Shown here: piece by piece, positions 50,985 through 51,242 of the stretch
Position numbering within the stretch: position 1 is the stretch's first letter
How the letters are laid out: each line of letters starts with the position of its first letter
NCBI RefSeq assembly: GCF_001194135.2
Contig: NC_068998.1
Location: 33,352,872 to 33,404,113, forward strand
Direction of reading: 5' to 3'
Length of the DNA stretch: 51,242 bases
Source of the DNA: Octopus bimaculoides
Lineage: Eukaryota
The notes under the pieces: model-generated
Database searches by the model: none
Told to the model about the DNA's origin: nothing
What the model saw: only the letters and a program-made list of their open reading frames with translations
Made by a program: the position numbers and the translations under genes

Positions 50985-51200
50985 AAATAGCTTCAAATTT
51001 TGGCACAGGGGCAGCAATTTGGGGGGAGTGGGTAAGTCAATTTCATTGACCCCAGTGCTCAACTGGTACATAATTTATTGATTCCAAAAGGATGAAAGGT
51101 CTTAACCTGGGCAGAAGTTGAACTCAGAATGTAAAGGCAGGTGAAATACTGCAAACATTTTGGCTGCTTGTGCTAACAATTCTACCAGATTGTCACCTTA
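50985..51200 (-). mobile_element. SINE family B with (ATT)n beyond
   Basis: ttttggcacaggg...gaccccagtgctcaactggtac...ggatgaaagg...gaactcagaatgtaaagg. Confidence 0.82.
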
Positions 51201-51242
51201 ATTATCATTATTATTGTTATTATTATTATTATTAATAATAAT

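Overview
AT-rich, repeat-dense eukaryotic DNA with five assembly gaps (N runs at about 748-1426, 12341-12774, 27991-28330, 34128-34217 and 39533-39616). The SINE families look like those of Octopus or another coleoid cephalopod; this is from recall, not a database search. I could not support any intact host gene, rRNA, true tRNA gene or CRISPR array, and most listed ORFs are artefacts of microsatellites, gaps or decayed transposons. The window is a transposon graveyard: a DD37D maT remnant, a full-length but dead DD36E Tc1-like element, decayed pogo and hAT transposases, two hAT MITEs, a decayed CsRn1-type Ty3/Gypsy element, several RTE/RTEX LINE fragments, Penelope-like (GIY-YIG) fragments with possible hammerhead relics, and at least four SINE families. 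The most unusual object is a ~2.1 kb non-autonomous LTR element (27632-29725, minus strand, 4-bp TSD AGAT) carrying three stacked 'LTR end + tRNA-Trp PBS + leader' modules. Its two LTRs differ at about 2% of positions, except in a terminal 48-49 bp hairpin that differs at about 20% while keeping its base pairing through compensatory changes.
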